From Escherichia phage Av-05, in sequence record KM190144: 64,000 bases of DNA, one strand, 5' to 3'. Both the position numbers and the translations under genes were made by a program. A model generated the notes under the pieces. It searched no databases, had not been told where the DNA came from, and saw only the letters and a list, made by a program, of their open reading frames with translations. Shown in pieces: positions 27,514-37,680 of the stretch (its first letter is position 1; each line of letters opens with the position of its first letter).

Positions 27514-29577
27514 ATGACAGAGGCTATTTTCACAGCCAGAAGAGAAGATGACTCTGTAGCTGTTAGCTTTGACTATGAAACAATATCAAACACAGCTATT
27601 GCTGGAAGAGATTATACACCCAAAGTAGGTACGGCAACAATTCCTAAAGGGGAAAAGTCTGTACAGATACCTGTGGAGATAAAACAACATCCTAAAAACT
27701 CATTACCAAGAGAATTTACCTTGAAAATGAGTAATCCGTCTTTTGGTGCAAGGCTAGACAGGCTGGCTTCCAGATGTGTTATTAGCACCAAGGAGGATAT
27801 GTCTGAGTTGGGGTGGGGAACAAAAGAAGAGAAAATGTTTCTACCTAAATATTGGACAATTGATTCTCAGCCCACAGAAAGTTGCTCTATAATATCTAAT
27901 GGTAATATACTTACAGCTTATATGACTAATAGAACTGTAAGCGGTTTAGCAGGGGTTATTTGGAGCACAAAAGATAAGTATGATCATAAAGGGATCTCTT
28001 TTCAAGATCACACAGATCTTCGAAACGCTAAACTGTGGTTCGATATAGAGTTGGGCGACGGAATGCCTGATTTTAATAATGAGAAATTGACCCCGACATT
28101 AACTCTTAAACTTTTAGATGGGGCGACCCATTATATCCCTCTGTACGCTTATGCTGAAAATATCGGTGAGGATTATAAAAGAGCCACAATCAAACTTGAT
28201 TTTTCAAATTTAAAATCCGGCCCTGATGTGAACGTGCCAGTGGATACCTCTCAAGTGGATCAGTTTTTCTTTTCTATGATATCTGAGAAGTATGCAGAAG
28301 GAGAAGATGTTGTCCCTAAAGAAAATCAGAACCTTATGTTGAAAATAACTCTTAAAGAGCCTGATACAGGCTATACAATGATGAGAGTTAATAATTTGAC
28401 AATTCCTGCACATGATGTGCGTATGTGTACATCCTATGATGATATGTATAACCTGACACCTGAACGAGTGGTGGACAACTGCTTGAAACTTGGGTACAGG
28501 GATATGATAAACCACTATAATGGTATGTCGCATTATTACGAGTTCTCTTGGGAAAGCTCCGCATGGAAACTGAACAAAGATGTCCCTGTCAATAATGCAA
28601 CCCTACAATGGATGAATAACTATTTCGCACTGACACGAGCAAATGGTTATAAGGTTATCAATTCTATTAGTTTTGAGTTGATGAGTACTGTATGTCCGGC
28701 AGAATGGGTGCAGCATGATTGGAATGATGCATTAGCTGAAACAGGATACACACCACCAAGTTGGGTATTATCTCCTAATATTAATGAGGGTATGCAATAT
28801 ATCCAAAGTGTGATAAATAAAATAGCAGCCACATGCGAACAAGCTAACCAGGTTGTTATCATTCAGATAGGGGAGCCTTGGTGGTGGTATAATACTGCTA
28901 CAAATTTACCTTGTGTGTATGATTATACTACAAAAGCGCGTTTTAATGAAGAGACTGGATTGTATGCTCAAGACATGGGGACAATTTATGACTTTAAGAC
29001 CGGAACACCCTATGATGAGTATGTAGATTTTCTAAGACAGTGCTTAGGGGAGCGAGTGGTAAAATTCGGTGCTGATCTTAAAAAATCTTATCCTAATGCA
29101 AAAATAACACTTTTACCGTTTTTACCATCCATTATTGGTAATGGTATTATGGAAAAGATAAATTTCCCTAGTGGTAGTTATACACCTGAGAATTTTGATC
29201 TCTATTGCTCCGAGTGCTATGACTGGTTACTCCAAGGGAAAATGGAAAAATCATTCCAAGCCATCACCATTCCGCGAGATGTCTTAAAATTTAAAGAAGA
29301 TAAGATACATTATCTGGCAGGATTTGTTCCAGACGAAGGGCTAGCACCATTATACGGATTTGACCCTAATTCTAATTATAGAGAATATCTTTGGAAAATG
29401 ATTATAGGGAACATTGTCCTTAATGAGTTTAAGTTTCCAGGTATTTATCAATACATATGGGCGTATCCACAAGTAATGCATGATTCTATAACAGTGCACA
29501 ACTCTCAATCCGCAGTCTTTCATATGGGGCATACAGCATTGAAAGGGTATTTAAAAGATACCCCACCAGAAGTTTAA
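27514..29577 (+). CDS. Calx-beta domain tail protein (putative receptor-binding or glycan-interacting)
   Basis: N-terminal AVSFDYETISNTAIAGRDYTPKVGTATIPKGEKSVQIPVEI fits Calx-beta pattern; 687 aa W/Y-rich. Confidence 0.4.
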   Translation: MTEAIFTARREDDSVAVSFDYETISNTAIAGRDYTPKVGTATIPKGEKSVQIPVEIKQHPKNSLPREFTLKMSNPSFGARLDRLASRCVISTKEDMSELGWGTKEEKMFLPKYWTIDSQPTESCSIISNGNILTAYMTNRTVSGLAGVIWSTKDKYDHKGISFQDHTDLRNAKLWFDIELGDGMPDFNNEKLTPTLTLKLLDGATHYIPLYAYAENIGEDYKRATIKLDFSNLKSGPDVNVPVDTSQVDQFFFSMISEKYAEGEDVVPKENQNLMLKITLKEPDTGYTMMRVNNLTIPAHDVRMCTSYDDMYNLTPERVVDNCLKLGYRDMINHYNGMSHYYEFSWESSAWKLNKDVPVNNATLQWMNNYFALTRANGYKVINSISFELMSTVCPAEWVQHDWNDALAETGYTPPSWVLSPNINEGMQYIQSVINKIAATCEQANQVVIIQIGEPWWWYNTATNLPCVYDYTTKARFNEETGLYAQDMGTIYDFKTGTPYDEYVDFLRQCLGERVVKFGADLKKSYPNAKITLLPFLPSIIGNGIMEKINFPSGSYTPENFDLYCSECYDWLLQGKMEKSFQAITIPRDVLKFKEDKIHYLAGFVPDEGLAPLYGFDPNSNYREYLWKMIIGNIVLNEFKFPGIYQYIWAYPQVMHDSITVHNSQSAVFHMGHTALKGYLKDTPPEV

Positions 29578-29592
29578 GAAGGAGATACTTTT

Positions 29593-30663
29593 ATGGCTAT
29601 ACCAAGTATACCAATCGAGATTTGGGCAGCGGGAGATGTAATTCTCCCTAATACTCACGGGGAGAACAAAATAAGACCTATTGACGACCTTTGGTTAAAA
29701 GGTTGGGATATGGGAGAAAAACCAGCTTGTGAAGAGTTTAACTATGTTCTTCATATGATGACAAGTTGGATAAAATATGTTACAGGGGATCAAATTCCTG
29801 AATTAGATACAAGATTTTTAAGAAGAAGTGAAAATCTGTCTGATTTAGCGGATAAGGAAACATCCAGAGTCAACCTTGATGTGTGGAGCAGATCAGAGGC
29901 CGACAACCGTTACGTGAATGTAACGGGAGATACAATGACAGGAGCTTTGTCATTGCCGAGATTGAATTTTCAACCTTCTGAGACAGATACTGCGTATATC
30001 ACAACTACAAATCCGGCTTCTGACTGGACGTACTGGGATTTTGTTCTTGGAGATAATCCAGGAACAGCAGGGACAAACGGTGTAGATTCTATACGTTTCC
30101 GATTCTCTCCTTCAGGTAACTCTGGGATGTTCACTATGATGGAGCTTAATGCTATTAGCTCCTCAGCGGCTTTGTGTAAAGTAACAGGAAATGTTGTTGC
30201 CACAGGCACTGTACAAGGAACAAATGTTAATGGCACAAATGCAACATTCACCACAACAAGAACATCCTCTTTGACGGCTACAGGGCAAATTCAAGGTCAA
30301 ACTGTTGTAGCAACAAGCTCATTAACAACACCATATGCAAGGGTTAATGGGGAAGCGAATGTAAATTCACTGGTTGTAAATAATAACTCTGCAAGGGTTG
30401 CGGGGAGAAATATCGTAAGATCTGTTAATGGTGTAGGTGCTGACGGGAATGGTAATGTTAACTTACCAACAGGAAGTGTTCAGCAAATAAGACTTGGTAA
30501 TCGTTTCTCTGCGGGGGTTGTTGAGTCTACGTTTTATCCTGGACATGTAATGACTGGCTGGGCATTTGGTAATAAAAAGGAATTGAGAGGTGGTACGTAT
30601 TACACTGCTCCTTTGCAATATCTTGTGAATGGTCAATGGGTAACAGTAACAAATTTAAACTAA
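29593..30663 (+). CDS. Tail fibre protein
   Basis: T/S/G/N/V-rich beta-repeat region (TGNVVATGTVQGTNVNGTNATFTTTRTSSLTATGQIQGQTVVATSSLTT). Confidence 0.5.
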   Translation: MAIPSIPIEIWAAGDVILPNTHGENKIRPIDDLWLKGWDMGEKPACEEFNYVLHMMTSWIKYVTGDQIPELDTRFLRRSENLSDLADKETSRVNLDVWSRSEADNRYVNVTGDTMTGALSLPRLNFQPSETDTAYITTTNPASDWTYWDFVLGDNPGTAGTNGVDSIRFRFSPSGNSGMFTMMELNAISSSAALCKVTGNVVATGTVQGTNVNGTNATFTTTRTSSLTATGQIQGQTVVATSSLTTPYARVNGEANVNSLVVNNNSARVAGRNIVRSVNGVGADGNGNVNLPTGSVQQIRLGNRFSAGVVESTFYPGHVMTGWAFGNKKELRGGTYYTAPLQYLVNGQWVTVTNLN

Positions 30664-30666
30664 GGG

Positions 30667-31218
30667 GTGCATATGTACAAAATCTATGGTAATTTTCAGC
30701 CTTACACACCTGAAAGAACAGAGTATAATTCGGCCTTCATAGACACAGGGGCAGGTTTCCTTAAAGACAGTGATGGTAGAGATTGGTATGAATTATCAAA
30801 AGAACTAGCTGATAACAAAGCGGAAAACCAAAAATTTTTGCTTCTGACTTCGGATGATATAGTCCTCTGTGTCTCACAAGACCCAACCGCTTATTTTCCT
30901 TATGGAATGAAAATAGTAGTTATTGAGAATCTTACTGTAAACTTAGACCCTAAACTCGGGCATATAAAATTTACAGATGGAGAATTTTTTGATTATAACA
31001 AAGAAGCGGTAGAACAAGCTCAATCAATTATAGAAACAGAAATGATGTGGGCTTCTAATCAAATCTCTACCTTGGAGGATATGATCTCTATGGGATTGGG
31101 TACAGAGAGTAGAAAAAAATATCTGGAAAAATTAAAAGAGTATCGCATAAAACTGTTTTCGTTAGACCCTGAAGAAGATATGAATATTTCTTTACCAGAC
31201 AGACCTTCTAAAAAATAA
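30667..31218 (+). CDS. Tail fibre assembly protein (Tfa-like chaperone)
   Basis: C-terminus LKEYRIKLFSLDPEEDMNISLPDRP resembles Tfa C-terminal signature; follows a fibre gene. Confidence 0.45.
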   Translation: MHMYKIYGNFQPYTPERTEYNSAFIDTGAGFLKDSDGRDWYELSKELADNKAENQKFLLLTSDDIVLCVSQDPTAYFPYGMKIVVIENLTVNLDPKLGHIKFTDGEFFDYNKEAVEQAQSIIETEMMWASNQISTLEDMISMGLGTESRKKYLEKLKEYRIKLFSLDPEEDMNISLPDRPSKK

Positions 31219-31229
31219 GGAGACAAGGA

Positions 31230-31544
31230 ATGTCTATTGACCTATTTGCTATCTTAAAAGCCGTATGGGGTGTATTGACGTTTTTCTTAGTTGGTGTTCT
31301 GAAGTTAACATACTCAGACTATAAAAAGACACAGCAACGTCTTGATGAACTTGATAGGGACATCATAAGAATTAAGGCAGAGATGGTCACTAAAGAGAAA
31401 CTTGATGAGATTCTTGATAAAAAACTGAAAGCTGTCCGCGATGATGTTTCAGATTTTAGAAAAGACTTAAAAGAGGATGTGAGCAGTTTGAGAGTTGATC
31501 TTATAGACCAGCTTAAAATTCTTATAGAGAGTCAAATGAAATGA
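31230..31544 (+). CDS. Membrane-anchored coiled-coil protein
   Basis: N-terminal TM (LFAILKAVWGVLTFFLVGVL) then heptad-rich charged segment. Confidence 0.4.
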   Translation: MSIDLFAILKAVWGVLTFFLVGVLKLTYSDYKKTQQRLDELDRDIIRIKAEMVTKEKLDEILDKKLKAVRDDVSDFRKDLKEDVSSLRVDLIDQLKILIESQMK

Positions 31545-32014
31545 TAAGTTCTGCACTGTACTTTATATGCTTTGCAGTGCTACTTCTTGATAATGACAAA
31601 GGGATCCGAGCCATGTCAGTATTTGGCATGGTTCATATCGTGGCAGAGAATATACTGTACTGGTGGTTCTGTTCCCATATCTACGCATTTGACTTGTCAC
31701 TCTACCTAACCTTTTGTTGGTTCTTGGATATATCTCTGATTTTCTTTACTGCATGTGCTTTGACAGGATGGAGAAAAAAGCTAATGCTTACACTATCTCT
31801 TCCTGTTCTGTTTTGCCAAATTTTAGTTATGCAGTTCCCATTTATTTTACCAATCGCATTAGGCTTCACGATAAATTCATCATATCCAACATTTATGGAA
31901 GTTCTTTTATTATGCGCAGCATACAAAAGCGGCACAATAAAAGAATTGCTTGAGACTTCTGTTGTTGTTGGTTTCATAATTATAGCCAGAATTGTTCCTG
32001 GAGTAAATTATTGA
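31541..32014 (+). CDS. Polytopic membrane protein
   Basis: 157 aa with about four hydrophobic helices; ATGA-coupled to previous gene. Confidence 0.4.
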   Translation: MISSALYFICFAVLLLDNDKGIRAMSVFGMVHIVAENILYWWFCSHIYAFDLSLYLTFCWFLDISLIFFTACALTGWRKKLMLTLSLPVLFCQILVMQFPFILPIALGFTINSSYPTFMEVLLLCAAYKSGTIKELLETSVVVGFIIIARIVPGVNY

Positions 32015-32029
32015 GGATTCTAATGTATT

Positions 32030-32293
32030 ATGCTAAAATCAATATTGAAATTTTTAAAAGACCTTGTCAGATCCCCAGTAAATCCAGAGAAGGCCTCTCA
32101 CACAAAATTTTGGAGTAATATCGGCTTGGCTGCAATGACAGCAGTTTTTTTAGATTGGGGTTTCAAAGGCACATTGACGGAGTGGTATATGTGGGTGTAT
32201 GCCCCCACAGTGGCTGCTCCACAGTTAATAAGTAAGTTAATATCTCTACGTTGGGGTGTAGAAGCACAACGTAGGGAAGAATCAGACCAATAA
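32030..32293 (+). CDS. Small single-TM membrane protein
   Basis: 87 aa, central hydrophobic helix NIGLAAMTAVFLDWGF. Confidence 0.4.
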   Translation: MLKSILKFLKDLVRSPVNPEKASHTKFWSNIGLAAMTAVFLDWGFKGTLTEWYMWVYAPTVAAPQLISKLISLRWGVEAQRREESDQ

Positions 32294-32303
32294 GGAGATT
32301 CTT

Positions 32304-34058
32304 GTGGCAGACATGACTAAATTTGAACAGGCGGTCGATCAGGTTGTAGAAGATTCTGAACGCCTTCATAAAGTTGTCAATGGGGCAGCTACTGAAACTG
32401 TAGTTACAGAGGATGGCAGTCTGATACCTACAGTCAGAAAAGCATTTCTTGACAATTTATTCTTTAAAACACCTCCACTACCGTGGGTTGCTGGACAACA
32501 GGCAACGGTATTTAATCAGTTGTATGCTTATACAGGGGAAAGAGGTGTCCAATGGTGGTATGCACCCGGTGCGACAGAGAGTTCACCTGTAACACTACCT
32601 TCTAATCCAGTCAACAATGTTAACTGGAGATTATACAACGATTCAGAATCTATGTCTCAGCTATTTGCGCCTATTGACAGCCCTATCTTTACAGGGAACC
32701 CTCAAGCACCAACACCATCAGCGGATAGTAACAGTACAACTCTGGCAACAACACAATTCGTTACCAGAGCTATTGCTACCGCTTTGGCTGGAATTGCGGG
32801 TGGAAATGGTACATTCGCAGATCTTACTGTAACAGGTTTAGCTAGTCTTAATACGCTTTCTGTTGGCGGTGTATCAACATTTAATGGGCCTGTTAATGCT
32901 GACAACCAAACAGGAAAATTCCAGAATCTTATCTTAACAAAAGATAATTCAAGCCTATCTTTTGCCTACAGTGATGATTCTAACCCGACGTTTATAAAAA
33001 CAAGGCTTGAAGCATACTCAGCACAGACCCATCAGTTACATACAGATATCATCATAAACGGTGTGCCAGTAGCAGACAATACAACAATGTCTTTCACAGG
33101 TCTTGGTAATAATACCTTCGACTATGTTTATATTACAGGCAACTCTAAAAAAGACCCATCTGAAGCTCGTCTCAAAGTTTCTGGGATGACAGAACTTGAA
33201 AACTTAAAGATCACAGGTACTGTAACAGGACTTTCTTTTTCTGTCAATGGGGAAGACATCTCGCCTAATTCTGTAACAACGGCACAAGGGGTTACTGTAG
33301 GTGGTGATTTACAAGTCAATGGTAACACCAATCTCAACAGTACAACATGTGAGAGCTTAGAAGTTACTAACAACCTTGTTGTTAATGGACAAACCAGCCT
33401 CAAGGATTTCTCCTCTACAACTGGTAATGTCACAGGGCTATTAACTTTAGGGGAGGGATTCACTGCGACTGGTGACGGGTCTGTAGGTGGTGATCTAACT
33501 GTCAACGGAACTTCAACCCTTGGTAAGATAATATCTGATGGTGATGTGACTTTAAATAGATCTTCTGGCACAACAACAGTAAACAATTTGGTTGTTAAGG
33601 GGACTGTATCTGGTATTACGTTTGATTTGACAGGACAAAACGTAAACGTAGCATCTCTTTCTGCTCAAAGCAGTGTAACGACAAATCAGTTATTTGTTAA
33701 CGGCCAGGCACAACTTTCTTCCACCAATGTAAGTTTCCTAACTTTACAATCGGAAGAGGTTGACGATCCAACAGCAACATGGACACCAAGCGGCACATCC
33801 AACATTTATAATATCACAGTGAATAAAAATCTGACAATCGGAGCATGGCCTGATCCACAGCAACCTTTCTCCGCTATGATTTATCTGACGCAGGATGCCA
33901 CAGGTGGACACAGTGTAACTCTGGATCCTAATTATGTTGTCCTTAACAGTGAAACTGTTAATACGGCAGCAAATTCAGTTACCATCCTTCAATTAACCTT
34001 TAATGGTGTTGAAGATGGGGTTGTTGACACCATTATTGTCCGTAGACCACAACCATAA
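32304..34058 (+). CDS. Tail fibre protein
   Basis: SPIFTGNPQAPTPSADSNSTTLATTQFV anchor motif; repeated NGxTxL/VxG beta-repeats. Confidence 0.6.
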   Translation: MADMTKFEQAVDQVVEDSERLHKVVNGAATETVVTEDGSLIPTVRKAFLDNLFFKTPPLPWVAGQQATVFNQLYAYTGERGVQWWYAPGATESSPVTLPSNPVNNVNWRLYNDSESMSQLFAPIDSPIFTGNPQAPTPSADSNSTTLATTQFVTRAIATALAGIAGGNGTFADLTVTGLASLNTLSVGGVSTFNGPVNADNQTGKFQNLILTKDNSSLSFAYSDDSNPTFIKTRLEAYSAQTHQLHTDIIINGVPVADNTTMSFTGLGNNTFDYVYITGNSKKDPSEARLKVSGMTELENLKITGTVTGLSFSVNGEDISPNSVTTAQGVTVGGDLQVNGNTNLNSTTCESLEVTNNLVVNGQTSLKDFSSTTGNVTGLLTLGEGFTATGDGSVGGDLTVNGTSTLGKIISDGDVTLNRSSGTTTVNNLVVKGTVSGITFDLTGQNVNVASLSAQSSVTTNQLFVNGQAQLSSTNVSFLTLQSEEVDDPTATWTPSGTSNIYNITVNKNLTIGAWPDPQQPFSAMIYLTQDATGGHSVTLDPNYVVLNSETVNTAANSVTILQLTFNGVEDGVVDTIIVRRPQP

Positions 34059-34064
34059 TATAAA

Positions 34065-34090
34065 AGGCCACAGCAGTGGCCTTTGTTTTA
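34065..34090 (+). terminator. Rho-independent terminator
   Basis: AGGCCAC-AGCA-GTGGCCT hairpin then TTGTTTTA. Confidence 0.6.
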
Positions 34091-34099
34091 GGAGGATTA

Positions 34100-36043
34100 A
34101 TGTATCCAATCCCTTGTTTTTATATCATAATTTCCAATAACCCTCTAGCCAACTCCATTTCCTTAACCTCCCTCGGTACGTGTCTTAAAGGAGGCAAAGC
34201 ACAATTAATATGGTCTGTTGTGCCAGAAGGTGCAGACTTGCATGATATAACATTTACACCAGACAAACCGACAATTGTATCTGTTGATCCTACGGGGCTA
34301 GTATCTTTTCTTGAAGATGGTGATTTTATCATCACAATGTCTGCAAAGACTGGCAAAGGAGATGAAGAAAAGACCTTAACAGCACAAATCAATGGGCATG
34401 TTGACACATTACGCATTGATGTTGATCCTATAGGCAGCAGAAGCATTAGTGATAGATTCTGGTTTGTCTACAAAGGCGACCCGTCTTTTGACCCAGGCAA
34501 TCCGAATCCGAATATGATTGGCTTTAACATCTCCCCAGCAGAAGTTATGGAGGAGGATGACTTTTATGTCACCGCAGTTTCTGAAACACCTGATATATTA
34601 AGTCTGGCTCCTAGTGGTATCATTACATGTGTTAGTAAAGGTGTTGGGCATTGTGGCATGAAAGGAACCTATAAAGATGTGACAGTAACGACGCTTACCG
34701 ATGTATATGTGGATATAGCACCAGCACTTATAAATCCGACTGCTGTAGCCAACAGTTATGGTGACGTTAAGATAGCGTGGGATGTTCAATTTCCCTCCTC
34801 GGATGATATTTATACCGTAGAGGTTTATGACCCTAAAATGCCAGATGCTGTGTGGAGTAAGAAAACCAAAGACACATTCGTATTCTTTGATGTTACAGAA
34901 TCAGTGCCTATCTTTGGATTCGCCCCTACATATCTTGATGTGGTCATCAAAGGATCAAATCCAGAAACACAACCTATAAGTCCTGATAGGAATATAACTG
35001 TTGACGACTCTTTTGTTAAAGAGGTGCTTGTTTTTGCTGGCGGTGATAACGCAGCAGCGCATTTTAACTCTTTTTCTGGTAGGGATAAAACAACCCAAAG
35101 TGCGACCACAGCACGTAATGAGTATGCTCTCAGCAAAGGGTTTTACCCAGCAGAAGTATTACCAATCAATGCCGCATTCATTACATCTTGTGCAGAAGCA
35201 CAGGCAAACTCCTCTACAGGGTTAGCCACAAATTACTGGTATGACGTTAGTTCCTCCACAGCAGGTCCGTGTCTAACACAGTTCCTTGCGAAGGTTAAAC
35301 CTTATAAGGATAAAATTAAGGCTGTTTTCTGGTCGTTAGGGGAACAAGATGCCATGGTAGCAGCAGCAAAACAAGAGGGAAAACATAGCGATGATGCTCG
35401 TTTTCAGACTGCTATGACCGCCATCTTTGAAAATATCCGATCTGTTATCACAAATCCTGAAGCCAAGATTGTATTGCAGACACTTGGCAGATGCTTTGAT
35501 GATGATGTGGAAGTAGGTGGTGTTGAGTGGTATCGTTATAGAAATATTCAACAACAGTTAGTGGTAGATTCCAAGGGTGGAGTTATAATTGGCTCTTGGG
35601 TTGATGGCGCTGAACACTACGGCAATTATGTTGTTTCAGGGGCAGGGGGTGGTTTAAGAATACACTACCGACCAACAATTTATAAGAATGCCGCAATATC
35701 CTTGGCTAACATGGAGGACTTGTCGAGCACACCTCCTGCTTGGGTGGATATGAAAGTTCCCATGGGAGGAAAGGCAGTAAGGCAAGCAAACCAAGATATT
35801 CTTTTATCATGGGATACCAGAGACTACAGCAAGTTCTCTCTTTTTAACTTTGATGTCCTGACAGGGGCTGTTATATCCCAACAAACATTGACCACCAATA
35901 GTTACACATTTACCTACGCAGATCAAGTAAAACAGTACGGGTATGCTGCGGGTACAGTTTTGTTTGGTGTTGCATATGTTCAAACAACCAGTAAAGGTGA
36001 TATTACATCTCCGTTGGCGAAATTCAATATTAATGTAGCGTGA
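34100..36043 (+). CDS. Tail fibre/spike protein with Ig-like and SGNH/SASA-like esterase domains (putative)
   Basis: GGAGG RBS 4 nt before ATG 34100 (track GTG 34076 is inside terminator hairpin); VLVFAGGDNA and FWSLGEQDA resemble SASA/SGNH esterase motifs. Confidence 0.4.
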   Translation: MYPIPCFYIIISNNPLANSISLTSLGTCLKGGKAQLIWSVVPEGADLHDITFTPDKPTIVSVDPTGLVSFLEDGDFIITMSAKTGKGDEEKTLTAQINGHVDTLRIDVDPIGSRSISDRFWFVYKGDPSFDPGNPNPNMIGFNISPAEVMEEDDFYVTAVSETPDILSLAPSGIITCVSKGVGHCGMKGTYKDVTVTTLTDVYVDIAPALINPTAVANSYGDVKIAWDVQFPSSDDIYTVEVYDPKMPDAVWSKKTKDTFVFFDVTESVPIFGFAPTYLDVVIKGSNPETQPISPDRNITVDDSFVKEVLVFAGGDNAAAHFNSFSGRDKTTQSATTARNEYALSKGFYPAEVLPINAAFITSCAEAQANSSTGLATNYWYDVSSSTAGPCLTQFLAKVKPYKDKIKAVFWSLGEQDAMVAAAKQEGKHSDDARFQTAMTAIFENIRSVITNPEAKIVLQTLGRCFDDDVEVGGVEWYRYRNIQQQLVVDSKGGVIIGSWVDGAEHYGNYVVSGAGGGLRIHYRPTIYKNAAISLANMEDLSSTPPAWVDMKVPMGGKAVRQANQDILLSWDTRDYSKFSLFNFDVLTGAVISQQTLTTNSYTFTYADQVKQYGYAAGTVLFGVAYVQTTSKGDITSPLAKFNINVA

Positions 36044-36052
36044 TAGCAAAAT

Positions 36053-36077
36053 AAAAGGGAGCTAAAAGCTCCCTTTT
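36053..36077. terminator. Bidirectional Rho-independent terminator between convergent blocks
   Basis: GGGAGC-TAAAA-GCTCCC hairpin flanked by AAAA and TTTT. Confidence 0.6.
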
Positions 36078-36096
36078 ATATTAACAAATGCTACTT

Positions 36097-37269
36097 TTAG
36101 AAAGGAATATCTTCATCGTAGTCAAACTCAGGTGCTGGCGACTCCATATTCGGAATATCGCTGTTAGCACTGTTCAAAGGTTCCTTAGCATCCTGTTTGT
36201 TCTCTTGTTGTGTCTTCCCATCACCTTTAGATAAGAACTCGTAAAAAGGCTCTGACAGCGTTAGGTAAACATCTTTAGCGGCATTAAGAATGCCATCTTC
36301 TGTTAGTTTATCGATTTGATGATACAAAGCACAAGCTACTAAGATAGCATTACCCGCACTAGCACCCACCGCATTAGATTCCACATCTTTTCCTGTTCTC
36401 TCTGCCACAAAAGCCTTCATAGCTACTGTAGCGTTGTGAACCATCTTCGCGGCAGAGAGACGATCCTCGATCTTAAAACCAGCTTTAATGAGTTCCTTCA
36501 CACCGTTGATGCCGTGCCCACAAGCAACACCTAAAGCATCATAGCCGCCAGATGACTTCTTAGTCTGCCCAGCAGGACCGTAGGCTTTAAATCCACTTAA
36601 GACCGTACCATCACTTAGGTTAACAATCGCAGTGACACGACCACCTACTGCAACTTGCGACAATTGCTCATCTGTGAGGACAAGGTTTCCTTGACCATTC
36701 TTCTCATCATTAACTGTCACCACATTGCCAACGATTGCAGCAATCTCACCATAAATTTTAGTGCCTTTAACTTGGGCATTTGCAGGTGATTGGGTCGAAG
36801 ATTGCTGGCGAGGAGCACTTTGACCAACTTTGCTTTCATCAAGAATGCTGAAGGTCTTTCCGTTTAAAGTGCCGTTTGTATACGTTTTATCCACACTCTT
36901 AGTAATTTTGAGAGGGAAAGAAACAACCATCCCCGCCACAATATCTTTGTATCCAGAATCAAATTTCACCTGAATTTTGTCTGCATGGCTTGGGTGAAGT
37001 TTTTTCTCACCCATAGAAATCCACTCACCTTGGCTCTGTGGGTCAATAACGTTGTTATTATCGTCAACCTCTTGCATCAGGAAACTGATTGAGTGCGTGG
37101 CCTCAATAACTTTAGCTGGTTGCCCATTGCGAGCAGGGATATGGGTACGCCGGATACCATCTGCGTCAGCGTTTTTCACTGGACGAATATTAACATACTT
37201 GATAAAACCTTTCGCAAAATAATCAACTTTTCCGTTGATTGGGTTTTTAAATTCATTGATTACGCTCAT
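36097..37269 (-). CDS. Putative ssDNA-binding protein with SSB-like acidic C-terminal tail
   Basis: Ends PEFDYDEDIPF (bacterial SSB tails end DDDIPF); AAGGAG RBS before ATG 37269. Confidence 0.4.
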   Translation of the reverse strand: MSVINEFKNPINGKVDYFAKGFIKYVNIRPVKNADADGIRRTHIPARNGQPAKVIEATHSISFLMQEVDDNNNVIDPQSQGEWISMGEKKLHPSHADKIQVKFDSGYKDIVAGMVVSFPLKITKSVDKTYTNGTLNGKTFSILDESKVGQSAPRQQSSTQSPANAQVKGTKIYGEIAAIVGNVVTVNDEKNGQGNLVLTDEQLSQVAVGGRVTAIVNLSDGTVLSGFKAYGPAGQTKKSSGGYDALGVACGHGINGVKELIKAGFKIEDRLSAAKMVHNATVAMKAFVAERTGKDVESNAVGASAGNAILVACALYHQIDKLTEDGILNAAKDVYLTLSEPFYEFLSKGDGKTQQENKQDAKEPLNSANSDIPNMESPAPEFDYDEDIPF

Positions 37270-37282
37270 TCTCTCTCCTTTA

Positions 37283-37624
37283 TTACTTAACGCCTTCAGC
37301 AGTTTCGTTTCCAACGCTCAACATCTTATCTACCACTAAATCTTCAACTTGATTTAGCAGGTTCAATGCAAAAGTGGAAGCAGTATTTAATTTCAACAAA
37401 TTGTTGCGGTGTCCTCGGATCCATGAAATTGCATCCTCTACCGTTTTATAGTTACCACTTTGGATGAGCTTTAGCATCTCTTCTCGAATTTCTTTCGACC
37501 CGATTACTGTTCCCATCTGGTGGCTGGCGCTGGACAAGTATACAATTGTTCCAAACTGCCCTTCATCAAGATCAAGAAAACGGATATCTTCTTTGCTTTC
37601 AGGTGTTTGTTTTTCTTCAGACAT
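37283..37624 (-). CDS. Hypothetical protein
   Basis: ORF in track, 113 aa. Confidence 0.4.
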   Translation of the reverse strand: MSEEKQTPESKEDIRFLDLDEGQFGTIVYLSSASHQMGTVIGSKEIREEMLKLIQSGNYKTVEDAISWIRGHRNNLLKLNTASTFALNLLNQVEDLVVDKMLSVGNETAEGVK

Positions 37625-37680
37625 GTCTATTCCTTACAAGGTTGGTGAGTATTACATCTTACACTATGCGTGTATGTATG

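Noticed and set aside
33128-33586. 152-aa minus-strand ORF inside the tail fibre gene 32304-34058
   Set aside because: Antisense to a motif-supported fibre gene; Pro/Val/Thr-rich mirror of the sense repeats.
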